Below are positions 18,009 to 27,487 of a stretch of DNA of 32,607 nucleotides, one piece after another. The stretch covers positions 1 through 32,607 of the forward strand of contig JBNKTL010000055.1 in assembly GCA_050298055.1 (NCBI GenBank), written 5' to 3'. Both the position numbers and the translations under genes were made by a program. The notes under the pieces were generated by a model that saw nothing but the letters and a program-made list of their open reading frames with translations, searched no databases and was not told where the DNA came from. The stretch is from Spirochaetota bacterium (GTDB lineage: Bacteria; Spirochaetota; UBA4802; UBA5550). Every line of letters starts with the position of its first letter. Within the stretch, counting starts at the first letter, position 1.

Positions 18009-19974
18009 ATTCTTTTAACTCAGGCAGGTCCTTGAAGTATTCCAGTGATTCGGGATTTCGAAGGGCATCCCTGTTGAGCACGGGTTCTCCCTGGACCGTT
18101 TTTTTTACGGCAAGCTCCACCTTCTTCATATTAAGCGTATAGGGGATATCCGGAACAGGCATGATTTTTGCGGGGACATGTCTCGGGGAAGCCTCACGTC
18201 TGATACGGGATTTAATTCTGTTCGTGAGCTTCTCATCAAGGTCCATTCCCGCCTTAAGTTTCACAAAAAGCAGTACTCTCACATCATTTTTCCAGTTTTG
18301 CCCGATGACAATGCTGTCCTCAATTTCGTTCATCTGTTCAACAATGCTGTAAATATCCGCTGTTCCAATACGCACACCGCCGGGATTCAGCGTGGCATCC
18401 GATCTCCCTGAAATCACAACACCTCCCCTTTCATTAATCTCAATAAAATCACCATGTCTCCAGACACCGGGATACACATCAAAATAAGCAGAATGATATT
18501 TTTTACCGTCCGGATCATCCCAGAAATATACCGGCATTGAGGGAAAGGGAGCGGTGCAGACAAGCTCACCCTTCTGGTTAACCAGGGGATTACCTGAACC
18601 ATCAAATGCTTCAACCCTCATTGCAAGCGCCCTGCACTGAAGTTCTCCCGCATAAACAGGCCCCATTGGATTACCCAGGGCAAAGCATCCGTTGAGGTCT
18701 GTTCCGCCGGATATTGATGCCAGCTGAATATCCTCTTTAACGTTACCGTAAACAAATTCAAATCCTTCAACCGAAAGGGGGGAACCTGTTGAAAGGAGAG
18801 CCCTCAGTGAATTGAGGTTAAATTGCTCCCGCGGCTTCAGGCCGGTATTCTGGAGCCCCGAAAGATAACCGGCACTGGTCCCGAAAACGGTCATATTTAC
18901 CTCCTGGGCAAGTTCCCACAGGGTCTCCGGACCGGGATAAAAAGGGTTCCCGTCAAAAAGGACAAGGGACGCGCCGGTTGCCAGGGAACTTGTGAGCCAG
19001 TTCCACATCATCCATCCGCATGTTGTAAAATAGAAAATAACATCATCCCGCTTAAGGTCCGTATGAAGAATGAGCTCCTTGAGATGATGGATAAGTATTC
19101 CTCCCGCGCTCTGAACCATGCATTTGGGGAGCCCCGTTGTCCCCGATGAGTACATGATATAGAGGGGATGATCAAAGGGAAGCTGCTCGAATTCTATCAC
19201 GGGATTTTTTTCGGCAGATTTAAATTCAGGGTAGAGGAGAGCATTGGGTAAAATGCGGATATCAGGATTTTCTTCCGTATAGGGGACCACGACGATTTTC
19301 TCAACAGTGGGAAGTTCCTTTACGATATCAGAGATCACTTCAACGGAACTGAACCTCTTCCCCTTAAACCGGTAGCCGTCAGCCGTAAAGAGAACTTTCG
19401 GCTTAATCTGCCCAAACCTGTCAAGGACACCCTTTACTCCGAAATCGGGGGAACAGGAAGACCACACGGCCCCGATACTGGTTGCCGCAAGCATGGCAAT
19501 AATGGCATGGGGCATATTGGGGATAAACCCTGTCACCCTGTCTCCCGCGGTAACACCCCAATCCCTGAGAGCAGCCGCAACTGAGGCAACCTCGCTGTAG
19601 AGTTCAGAGTAGGAGAGAGTGGTAATATCCTGCCCTTCTCCTTTGAAGATGAGGGCTGTCCTGTCGTCCCTGTACCTCAGAAGGTTTTCCGCGAAGTTTA
19701 ACCTGGCGCCGCTGAACCATGAGGTACCGGGCATCTTGTTGAGGTCATCGATAATTTCATGGTATCCGCTTGAAGAGATAATCCCCCCCTCATCCCACAT
19801 CTCTTTCCAGAAATTGGCTATGTTCTCAATAGACCATTGATAAAGCTCAGGATATCCCCCAAAGCTCAAACAATACTTCTGGTTGATCTTTTTCATGAAC
19901 CTGTACATATTGGTTCTCTTGACCCTTTCGTCATCGGGTTTCCAGAGGAGCTTACCCTTCATAGCAGCTTTCAC
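18007..19974 (-). CDS. Acetoacetate--CoA ligase (acetoacetyl-CoA synthetase)
   Basis: WFSGARLNFAENLL, YSSGTTGLPKC, YFTTCGWMMWNWL, SISGGTD, GRSDATLNPGGVRIGT and KKVELAVK, family-diagnostic motifs. Confidence 0.95.
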   Translation of the reverse strand: MKAAMKGKLLWKPDDERVKRTNMYRFMKKINQKYCLSFGGYPELYQWSIENIANFWKEMWDEGGIISSSGYHEIIDDLNKMPGTSWFSGARLNFAENLLRYRDDRTALIFKGEGQDITTLSYSELYSEVASVAAALRDWGVTAGDRVTGFIPNMPHAIIAMLAATSIGAVWSSCSPDFGVKGVLDRFGQIKPKVLFTADGYRFKGKRFSSVEVISDIVKELPTVEKIVVVPYTEENPDIRILPNALLYPEFKSAEKNPVIEFEQLPFDHPLYIMYSSGTTGLPKCMVQSAGGILIHHLKELILHTDLKRDDVIFYFTTCGWMMWNWLTSSLATGASLVLFDGNPFYPGPETLWELAQEVNMTVFGTSAGYLSGLQNTGLKPREQFNLNSLRALLSTGSPLSVEGFEFVYGNVKEDIQLASISGGTDLNGCFALGNPMGPVYAGELQCRALAMRVEAFDGSGNPLVNQKGELVCTAPFPSMPVYFWDDPDGKKYHSAYFDVYPGVWRHGDFIEINERGGVVISGRSDATLNPGGVRIGTADIYSIVEQMNEIEDSIVIGQNWKNDVRVLLFVKLKAGMDLDEKLTNRIKSRIRREASPRHVPAKIMPVPDIPYTLNMKKVELAVKKTVQGEPVLNRDALRNPESLEYFKDLPELKE

Positions 19975-20006
19975 CCCGCATGAAATTTATTCACGAATCC
20001 TGTCTA

Positions 20007-20061
20007 ATAATACAGCCTGAATAATCGTACTGTCAATGATTTTATCCTGAGTGGTCATTCA
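20007..20061 (-). promoter_or_regulatory. Putative promoter of the acetoacetate-CoA ligase with an upstream near-palindrome
   Basis: Minus strand TTGACA (20036-20031), 18 nt, TATTAT (20012-20007). TGAGTG-GT-CATTCA at 20048-20061. Confidence 0.5.
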
Positions 20062-20130
20062 CTCTGATAATAATTTAATTGACTCGGATGAAAACTTTTG
20101 AAATAAAGAGAGTAAATTTTATTTTATATT

Positions 20131-20775
20131 ATGACAGACAAACAAAATAAACTGCTCAACAATACAACCGCCCTCACAGGGGGCATTGCCACGGGAAAAT
20201 CCACAGTGGCCGGGATGCTCTCTGATCTCGGCGCTCAAATCATTGATACGGACAGACTTGCCCGGGAGATCGTTGAACCGGGAACACCGGTACTGGACAG
20301 AATAACTGAAATCTTTGGCAGGGAGTATATTCTTCCCAGCGGCACCCTGAACAGGGAGATGATGAGAAATCTCATTATGAAAGAACCTGAAAAAAGAGAG
20401 ACCCTGAACAGCATTACCCATCCGGCCATCATGGATAAGGTCAATGAACTGCTTTCCGAATACAGATCAAAGGATATTGGACCGGTAATAATTGATGTTC
20501 CTCTCCTCTTTGAAACAGGCTGGGACAGGTATTTCAGGTGTATTATCCTGGTCTACGCGCCTCCCTCTCTTCAGGTAGAACGTCTCATGAAAAGAGACGG
20601 TATTGACCGTAAAACTGCCGGAATCACGTTGAACGCCCAGATGCCTGTGGATGAGAAGAAGGCAAAGTCAGACTTTATTATTGATAATTCGGGGCCACTG
20701 GAGAAGACCCGGGAACAGGTCAGGATGGTCTTCAGAAGAATAACTGCCGGCAAAGAAAAGGAGGGAGAAGAGTGA
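20131..20775 (+). CDS. coaE: Dephospho-CoA kinase
   Basis: P-loop LTGGIATGKSTV; IIDTD, ITHPAI, DVPLLFE and AQMP motifs. Confidence 0.96.
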   Translation: MTDKQNKLLNNTTALTGGIATGKSTVAGMLSDLGAQIIDTDRLAREIVEPGTPVLDRITEIFGREYILPSGTLNREMMRNLIMKEPEKRETLNSITHPAIMDKVNELLSEYRSKDIGPVIIDVPLLFETGWDRYFRCIILVYAPPSLQVERLMKRDGIDRKTAGITLNAQMPVDEKKAKSDFIIDNSGPLEKTREQVRMVFRRITAGKEKEGEE

Positions 20776-21206
20776 CAGCACCCGCTCAACAGCTTGAGGG
20801 AGCAAAAGAACTGGTGGGGAGATCGGGCAGAATCACAATACTCACCGGGGCGGGAATCTCAACGGAATCGGGGATCTCTGACTTCAGGAGCCCCGGGGGT
20901 GTCTGGTCACAATACAGGTCCGTAACCATACAGGAGTTTACGGCAAGCAGGGAGAAACGTGTATACTACTGGAAATATAAAAGCGAAACCATACCCTCAA
21001 TGCTTGATGCCGGGCCAAATCCCGCGCATTCTGCAATCGCGGAACTTGACGGAAAGGGCAAACTCCATATGCTCCTTACACAGAACATTGACGGCCTTCA
21101 TGAGAAAAGCGGTGTCAGGGACCCCACACCCTATGATTCCATTGCCGCCTTTAAGCTGTCCGGACCTCTTGCGGAGGTTATGCCTTTACTGATAGTGAAG
21201 AAGTAA
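20772..21206 (+). pseudogene. cobB: Sir2/CobB NAD-dependent deacylase with a large in-frame internal deletion
   Basis: TGAGISTESGISDFRS, PNPAH and TQNIDGLH are present, then the sequence jumps to the C-terminal RDPTPYD. The catalytic HG, both CxxC, KPxxVxFGE and GTS motifs are missing; 144 aa versus the usual ~250. Confidence 0.8.
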
Positions 21207-21318
21207 GTTATCTCGGATTTGGGAGCCCCCTGAATCCACCTTTGGGCTGACTTCTTACACTTTTTCTGCTCTTCCTTTGTGTGCCGTGAACTTCGTGCGG
21301 GCATGAAGTATTAGTTCA

Positions 21319-22128
21319 CTATTCCCCTCTCAGCGCGGACCGGACTAAATTCGCAAAACTGGCGTTTCCAAAGGTCAGAAGATAAACGAAGATATCCTCT
21401 TTCCGGGAGAGGGCCTTCATTATCTCTTTCACGGAACAGCCCTTTTCACCAAGCTTTCTTATTTCTCCCGAGAGGTTTTCAAGGTAGTCATGTTTCTCCC
21501 TGAGATATTTTTTCCCCTCCTCAAGCCTCGGATTATGCCCGCAGAAGAGCTTATCAAAATCGAGATTCATGACTTTTTTCAATGAAGATATTGTCTCGTG
21601 GATATTTTCATCGGCACGAAAGAACTTAATCCTGCTTCCCAGGTAGAGGTCTCCCGAGAAAAGCCAGCCCCTGTCCCTTTCAAGGTAAACCGTAAGGTCT
21701 TTACTGTGTCCCGGGGTATGCACCGGGATAAGTTTTATCCTCTCCCCTTCAATGATTTCAGGGAGTGCGAGAACATCTACCGGTGATGCCTTTCCCCAGA
21801 GAAGCAGCTGGTACGGCATTATTTTAAAACCGGTTGAAAGTTTTTTTGCTGTTTCCGGGTGACCGAATACCGGGACGTTTTTTCTTTTACTTATGAGAGA
21901 CGCGTTTCCGCTGTGGTCTTCATGATGATGTGTAAGGAGTATCCTGCTGATCTTCCTCCCGTCAATCAGGGAAAGGATATTATCACCCATATGGCTCTGC
22001 CCGGTATCGATAAGGATATCGTCTACCAGGTAGAAGATCACATTCATGAGAGGACTGCCTATTGGCGCATAGCCCACCTCAAAACCGGTCACGTCTCCAA
22101 AATCGCGTCTTTGAATAAACTTCCCCAA
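21319..22128 (-). CDS. Metallo-beta-lactamase-fold hydrolase
   Basis: LIDTG, THHHEDH, HTPGH, LFSGD and CGH motifs. Confidence 0.92.
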   Translation of the reverse strand: MGKFIQRRDFGDVTGFEVGYAPIGSPLMNVIFYLVDDILIDTGQSHMGDNILSLIDGRKISRILLTHHHEDHSGNASLISKRKNVPVFGHPETAKKLSTGFKIMPYQLLLWGKASPVDVLALPEIIEGERIKLIPVHTPGHSKDLTVYLERDRGWLFSGDLYLGSRIKFFRADENIHETISSLKKVMNLDFDKLFCGHNPRLEEGKKYLREKHDYLENLSGEIRKLGEKGCSVKEIMKALSRKEDIFVYLLTFGNASFANLVRSALRGE

Positions 22129-22133
22129 CTGTA

Positions 22134-24692
22134 TCAGGCCCAGGTAACCTTCAGGTCGGGATCAAACTCTCTCTCCAGGTTTTCATTGTCCGGCTTCACT
22201 CTCACGGTAAACCCGAACTGGCCAGCCTTGAGACAGAGCATTGCCCCCTCGAACCTGAACACCCCGTCCCCCAGGTCCTCGATCATGTTCATGGGAAGGG
22301 CCGCTCCATTCTCAATCTCATCGTTCTGGTTCAGGGTCCCGAAATAGAGTTCAACCTTGACGTCTTTCGGAGAAAGGGGAGCGATCTTTACTTCGGCACT
22401 TGCCATAACCTGTGTTCCCACGGTTACATCACCGTCATCCTTGATCGTGAAGTCCCTGATCTGGACTCCCTGCCACTTTTTTACTATGCCGGATTTCCAC
22501 TTCGTCAGTTCCTTTGCCACACTGAAATTATCTGAAGTAAAATTCTGATAATTAACATGCGCTTTTATATAGTAGTTCTCCGTGTAGTCCTTTACCATCC
22601 TGTTGGTATTAAAAACGGGATTGATCTGTTTCATGGATTCTTTAATCATTCTGAGCCATTCCCGGGGAAGACCGTCCTGTCCTCTCTGGTAAAAAAGTCT
22701 TCTCACCTCCTCTTCAAGTATATTATAGAGGGAAAGACTCTCAACCTCATCCTGGTAGCTTTGATCATCATAGACTTCACCCTTCCCGATGGCCCAGCCC
22801 ACTTCCGGGTTGTATGCCTCGTCCCACCATCCGTCAAGGACGCTGATATTCAGTCCTCCGTTGGGGATCACTTTCATACCGCTGGTCCCCGATGCCTCCT
22901 TGGGCCTTATGGGATTGTTCAGCCATATGTCCACACCCTGCACCAGGTACCGGGCAATATTTATGTCATAATCCTCAATAAAAACAATCCCGTTTCTGAA
23001 CCTCTCCTGTACATTAAGGTGTATTATCTGCTTGATAAACTCCTTACCCATATTGTCCCGGGGATGCGCCTTCCCGGCAAAAACAATCTGTATGGGCATC
23101 TCCCTGTGATGGAGGAGCGCTTCAAGCCTTTCCAGGTCCCTGAGTATCAGCGTGCCCCTCTTGTACGTGGCAAAACGACGGGCAAAACCGATTGTCAGCG
23201 CCTCGGGATTGAGAACAGAATTCGCCTTTTCGGCCTCTGTGGGAGAAACCCCCCTGTTCAGGAGCTGTTCCTTGAGCCTGTGCCTGCAGAAACCCACGAG
23301 GCGTTCCCGGAGCCTTTCCCGGCATCTCCAGAGTTCCGAATCGGGAATACGGTCAATATTTTCCCAGATACTGGCATCCGCGGGGCTCTCAATCCAGCGG
23401 GGGCCCAGGTACCTGTTCAGAAGCCTCATCATCTCATCGGATGTCCAGGAGAGGGTCTGGATGCCGTTGGTTATATGCCCGATGGGGACATCGCTTACCG
23501 GAAGATAGGGCCAGTTGTCCCTCCACATATTCCTCGATACGGAACCGTGGAGTTTTGAAACACCGTTTTTATAGGCTGCCAGCTTAATGGCGAGGACTGT
23601 CATACAGAATGTTTCGTTCTTATCAGAAGGGTTCTCACGGCCCAGCCCCAGGAATGTTTCAGGATCAAGACCAAGCTTTTTATAGTAGTGGCTGAAGTAT
23701 TTGGTAATCATTTCAGGGGAAAACCTGTCATTTCCCGCGGGGACCGGTGTATGGGTGGTAAACACATTGCTGTTGGCCACAAATTCCGCGGCTTCTTCAA
23801 ATGAGAGGCCGTTCTCATCCATGGCAATCCTGATCCTCTCAAGGGCAAGAAAAGCCGCGTGTCCTTCATTCATATGAAAGACCGAAATATTTATATTGAG
23901 AGCTTTCAGTGCCCTGACACCGCCGATACCCAGAAGGATCTCCTGCTTTATCCTCATCTCGTTATCACCGCCATAGAGCTGATCGGTAATGATCTTGTCT
24001 TCCGGGCTGTTCTGGTCAACATTTGTATCCAGAAGATAGAGGAGTATTCTCCCCACCTTCACCTCCCATACCTGGGCAGTGACATTTCTGCCGGGATATT
24101 CAACCTGGACAGTGACAGGCTTCCCGCCATCTTCTTTCACCAGTTTTACCGGTATGTTGTAAAAATCGGTCTCCGGAAACCTTTCCTGCTGCCACCCGTC
24201 TATGTTCAGGTACTGCCGAAAATAACCCATTCGATAAAGGAGTCCCACACCGGTGAGCGGAACACCCAGTTCACTTGAGGACTTAATGTGGTCACCGGCC
24301 AGCACTCCAAGGCCTCCCGAATAGATGGGCAGGCATTCATGAATACCGAATTCAGCGGAAAAATAGGCTATCTTAGCGTCCTCATGACCGCTCTGACTTT
24401 CGGAAAACCATGACTTGAGGGAGAGGTGCCTGTCCAGCTCATTTTCCACCCTGTTCATATGGGCAATGAAACTTTCGGATTCCGCCGCCTCATCAAGTGT
24501 TTTCTGAGAAACTGCTCCCAGGAGCATCACAGGATTGTGATCTACATTTGTCCAGAGGTCCACATCGAGCCTTCTGAAGAGTTCAATAGCTTCAAAATTC
24601 CAGACCCACCAGAGATTGTAGGCAATCTTTAAAAGCGGCTTCAGCTTATCGGGAAGATAGGGGATAACATTAAATTTTTTTATTTTCGCCAT
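22134..24692 (-). CDS. glgP: Alpha-glucan (glycogen/starch) phosphorylase
   Basis: YSGGLGVLAGD, HMNEGH, FARRFATYKR and the PLP-site EASGTSGMK. Start set at ATG 24692 (MAKIKK). Confidence 0.97.
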   Translation of the reverse strand: MAKIKKFNVIPYLPDKLKPLLKIAYNLWWVWNFEAIELFRRLDVDLWTNVDHNPVMLLGAVSQKTLDEAAESESFIAHMNRVENELDRHLSLKSWFSESQSGHEDAKIAYFSAEFGIHECLPIYSGGLGVLAGDHIKSSSELGVPLTGVGLLYRMGYFRQYLNIDGWQQERFPETDFYNIPVKLVKEDGGKPVTVQVEYPGRNVTAQVWEVKVGRILLYLLDTNVDQNSPEDKIITDQLYGGDNEMRIKQEILLGIGGVRALKALNINISVFHMNEGHAAFLALERIRIAMDENGLSFEEAAEFVANSNVFTTHTPVPAGNDRFSPEMITKYFSHYYKKLGLDPETFLGLGRENPSDKNETFCMTVLAIKLAAYKNGVSKLHGSVSRNMWRDNWPYLPVSDVPIGHITNGIQTLSWTSDEMMRLLNRYLGPRWIESPADASIWENIDRIPDSELWRCRERLRERLVGFCRHRLKEQLLNRGVSPTEAEKANSVLNPEALTIGFARRFATYKRGTLILRDLERLEALLHHREMPIQIVFAGKAHPRDNMGKEFIKQIIHLNVQERFRNGIVFIEDYDINIARYLVQGVDIWLNNPIRPKEASGTSGMKVIPNGGLNISVLDGWWDEAYNPEVGWAIGKGEVYDDQSYQDEVESLSLYNILEEEVRRLFYQRGQDGLPREWLRMIKESMKQINPVFNTNRMVKDYTENYYIKAHVNYQNFTSDNFSVAKELTKWKSGIVKKWQGVQIRDFTIKDDGDVTVGTQVMASAEVKIAPLSPKDVKVELYFGTLNQNDEIENGAALPMNMIEDLGDGVFRFEGAMLCLKAGQFGFTVRVKPDNENLEREFDPDLKVTWA

Positions 24693-24732
24693 CAAGGGCA
24701 CCTCATTGAAAAAAATATCATTTGATTATTAC

Positions 24733-26601
24733 TCAAAGGTTTACAGGAAGATAAATGCAAAAGACCGATCCCTTACCTTTCTCGGATTTAACATCGATAT
24801 AACCGTCATGTCTCTTTATTACCGCATAACCGATAGCAAGCCCCATACCGCTCCTTGACTCCTTTGTGGTAAAATAGGGATCGAATATCATTTCAATATC
24901 ATCCGGGTCAATCCCCGAACCGTTGTCTTCTATTGAAATTTTTACATATTCTCCTGTCTGGAGGGTAATTTCATGATGAGATTCTTCTTTCTCAACATTC
25001 ATATTTTCAGCGGTTACTTTTATCAGGCTGTCAGCATCCATGGCTTCAACGGAATTTGTCAGTATGTACTCAATCAGGTGTCCGATCTGAAATTCATCAA
25101 CATCAACCATTTTCAGGTCATCTGCAATTATCAGTTCCAGTTCACCCTTATAGTCATGAAGGGCGGTATCAATGACATCCCTGATGAGAGTGTTTATATC
25201 CGTTGGTTTTTTAACAGGCTTACCCCCCTTTGAAAGGGCGCTCAGCTTATGCGTCAGGTCCCGGACCTTTAAGGATGCTTCCTCGGCATCATCAAGTATC
25301 TCTAAAATGTTCGTATTACCCCCCTGAAGTTCCATTTTAGCCAGGGCAATATTTCCGATGATGGTAGTCAGTGCATTGTTATAATCATGGGCAATGCCGC
25401 CGGAAAAGATACCAAGAGCTTCCAGTTTTCTCGCCCGGAACAGGTCTTCCTCCATCTTTTTTTTAAAGGTTACATCCCTTATAATCCCCATAAATCCTTC
25501 AGCTTCACCATCTTCATTATTGATTGTGGAAATAGATCCTTCCAGAAGAAGACCTTTACCGTTTTTTTTCAAAGCCTTCAGCTTTATCATTGTGTTCGTA
25601 TCATTGTTATTGAGAAGATTTTGAAACTCGGCCGTGACCTTCTCTTCAAATTCCGGTTTGAGAAAATCCGTATAGAAAGAACCTATCATTTCAGACTTCT
25701 CGTAACCTAATATTCCGGCAAGAGAGTTATTGACAAAGAGAAGTTTCCCGTCAGTATCAATTTCATAAAACCCGTCCTCAAGCCTGTTCAGAATAAAATA
25801 GTACCTCTCTTCATCAATCATTGATGAGGACATTGCCTCTTTTCTTATTGCTATATCACGGGCAATCCCCTGTGTCCCCTGAAAGTGAATATTATTATCC
25901 GAATCGGGAACATATATCCCCTCGGCATTAACGACAAATGTTGCCGAACTGCTGACACTCTTACTCTCGACTTCAAAGGGAACCGGAGTTTCACTTTTCG
26001 TAAGAAACCTGATATGGAAAAAGTTGGTACGCCTTTCCCCTGTCCGTCTTTCATTTACCTTGAAGCGGGCCTTTTCCCTGTCATCGGGATGGACAAGGTC
26101 GATCATACTGGTCCCGATAAGCTCATCCGGCTTGTATCCGTAGTTGCTTATGCTGTCGCTTATGAAGACAATTTTACCATCTCCATCCAGTCTGTATACA
26201 ATATCAGGAATGAGATCGATTATTGACATCAGTCTCTTTTCTGAATGCTTCAGATTATCTTCACACATCTTTTCATCACTTACATCCCGCACCATTATAT
26301 TCACATGGCCGGTTTTTTCGTCAAATTTAAGTGAATGGACAAGATATGCCTGTGAACCGTCACTTCTTTTAAAGATGAGTTCCAGTCTGTTACAGGACCC
26401 CTCTGCAACGGCTCTCTCTATCATCCTGTTATACTCATTGAACAGCGTAGTGATATTATTGCCGGGTAATTTATCCGGTTTGCCATACTTGTCCTTGAGA
26501 TCAAGAATAGTAAACGCAGCTTTATTCATAAGATTAATCGTGCCGTCATCGCCACAATTTATAAAACCTATGCCAAAATAATTGAATAAATCCTCGGGCA
26601 T
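24733..26601 (-). CDS. Cytoplasmic multi-PAS sensor histidine kinase with no receiver domain
   Basis: PAS/PAC repeats (VHPDD, GIARDI, GIIRDVT); H-box GGIAHDYNN; G boxes DNGSGI, FDPYFTTK and GMGL. No TM helix and no REC domain. Confidence 0.92.
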   Translation of the reverse strand: MPEDLFNYFGIGFINCGDDGTINLMNKAAFTILDLKDKYGKPDKLPGNNITTLFNEYNRMIERAVAEGSCNRLELIFKRSDGSQAYLVHSLKFDEKTGHVNIMVRDVSDEKMCEDNLKHSEKRLMSIIDLIPDIVYRLDGDGKIVFISDSISNYGYKPDELIGTSMIDLVHPDDREKARFKVNERRTGERRTNFFHIRFLTKSETPVPFEVESKSVSSSATFVVNAEGIYVPDSDNNIHFQGTQGIARDIAIRKEAMSSSMIDEERYYFILNRLEDGFYEIDTDGKLLFVNNSLAGILGYEKSEMIGSFYTDFLKPEFEEKVTAEFQNLLNNNDTNTMIKLKALKKNGKGLLLEGSISTINNEDGEAEGFMGIIRDVTFKKKMEEDLFRARKLEALGIFSGGIAHDYNNALTTIIGNIALAKMELQGGNTNILEILDDAEEASLKVRDLTHKLSALSKGGKPVKKPTDINTLIRDVIDTALHDYKGELELIIADDLKMVDVDEFQIGHLIEYILTNSVEAMDADSLIKVTAENMNVEKEESHHEITLQTGEYVKISIEDNGSGIDPDDIEMIFDPYFTTKESRSGMGLAIGYAVIKRHDGYIDVKSEKGKGSVFCIYLPVNL

Positions 26602-26713
26602 AAAAAAACATCCTCGCTCTTTTTCTCAGGGAATGCAACAATTGCCTCCCAGGATATATAATTTCCTATTGGGTTACAGGACAACATTAATTTGTTATTT
26701 ATTCAAGGATTAT

Positions 26714-27481
26714 TTAATAAAAGATATTATAATATAACAGAACCAGTTTTCTTCCATAAAAAACAGCAACAATAAGGCCCGCGGTGAGAAACGGGGCAAA
26801 GGGGATCTTAATACGGAGACTCTTCCCGGCAAATAATCCATAGACAACACCTGTTACTGCTCCTGTTATAAGGGCTGTCTCCAGCGCAACGATGGAATTT
26901 TCAAGGCCAAGGAAAAGACCTATTACCGATGCAAGCTTGACATCACCTCCCCCGAAAGAACCGGGAAAAATAAAGAGTATCAGGGTAAAGAATATAAACA
27001 TAAGCAGAAATCCATAGAGGCTGTCAAGAACAGTGGATCTCATAACCAGTGAATAGAGAGAAAAGATCATGAAGAGAAGAACAAGAGAATCGGGTATTGT
27101 TAGGATTTGAATGTCAACAATTGAAATTGTAAGCGCAGCTGAAATGACAAGGTAAACCGAAACCGTGTGAAGGTTCAATCCGAACTTTCTCACAATCACA
27201 AAGAACAGCATCCCGAAGAGTATTTCGTAAAAAGGATATGAGAGAGAGATCTTTGCGCCGCACCGGCTGCATTTCCCTCTGAGTATCAGATAACTCAGCA
27301 GAGGGACCAGATGATATTTTTTAACCGGTTCCCCGCAGGAGATACATACTGACGAAGAAAAAAGGGCCTTCGCCGGGTCTTCCTTTATCTGACCGCTGGT
27401 ATATCTCAGGGCGAGAGTATAAAAAAAACTTCCGCACAGACTCCCTGTAAAAAAAAATAATACGCCTTCCGCTATACTCAT
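26714..27481 (-). CDS. pilD: Prepilin peptidase / N-methyltransferase (A24)
   Basis: Zinc motifs CISC and CSRC, VPLLSYLILRGKC, catalytic Asp in IVD and GGGDVKL, and IPFAPFL. Confidence 0.93.
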   Translation of the reverse strand: MSIAEGVLFFFTGSLCGSFFYTLALRYTSGQIKEDPAKALFSSSVCISCGEPVKKYHLVPLLSYLILRGKCSRCGAKISLSYPFYEILFGMLFFVIVRKFGLNLHTVSVYLVISAALTISIVDIQILTIPDSLVLLFMIFSLYSLVMRSTVLDSLYGFLLMFIFFTLILFIFPGSFGGGDVKLASVIGLFLGLENSIVALETALITGAVTGVVYGLFAGKSLRIKIPFAPFLTAGLIVAVFYGRKLVLLYYNIFY

Positions 27482-27487
27482 CTGGTT

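Noticed and set aside
22557..23558. 333-aa plus-strand ORF
   Set aside because: Entirely antisense to glgP with no recognisable motifs; a shadow ORF.
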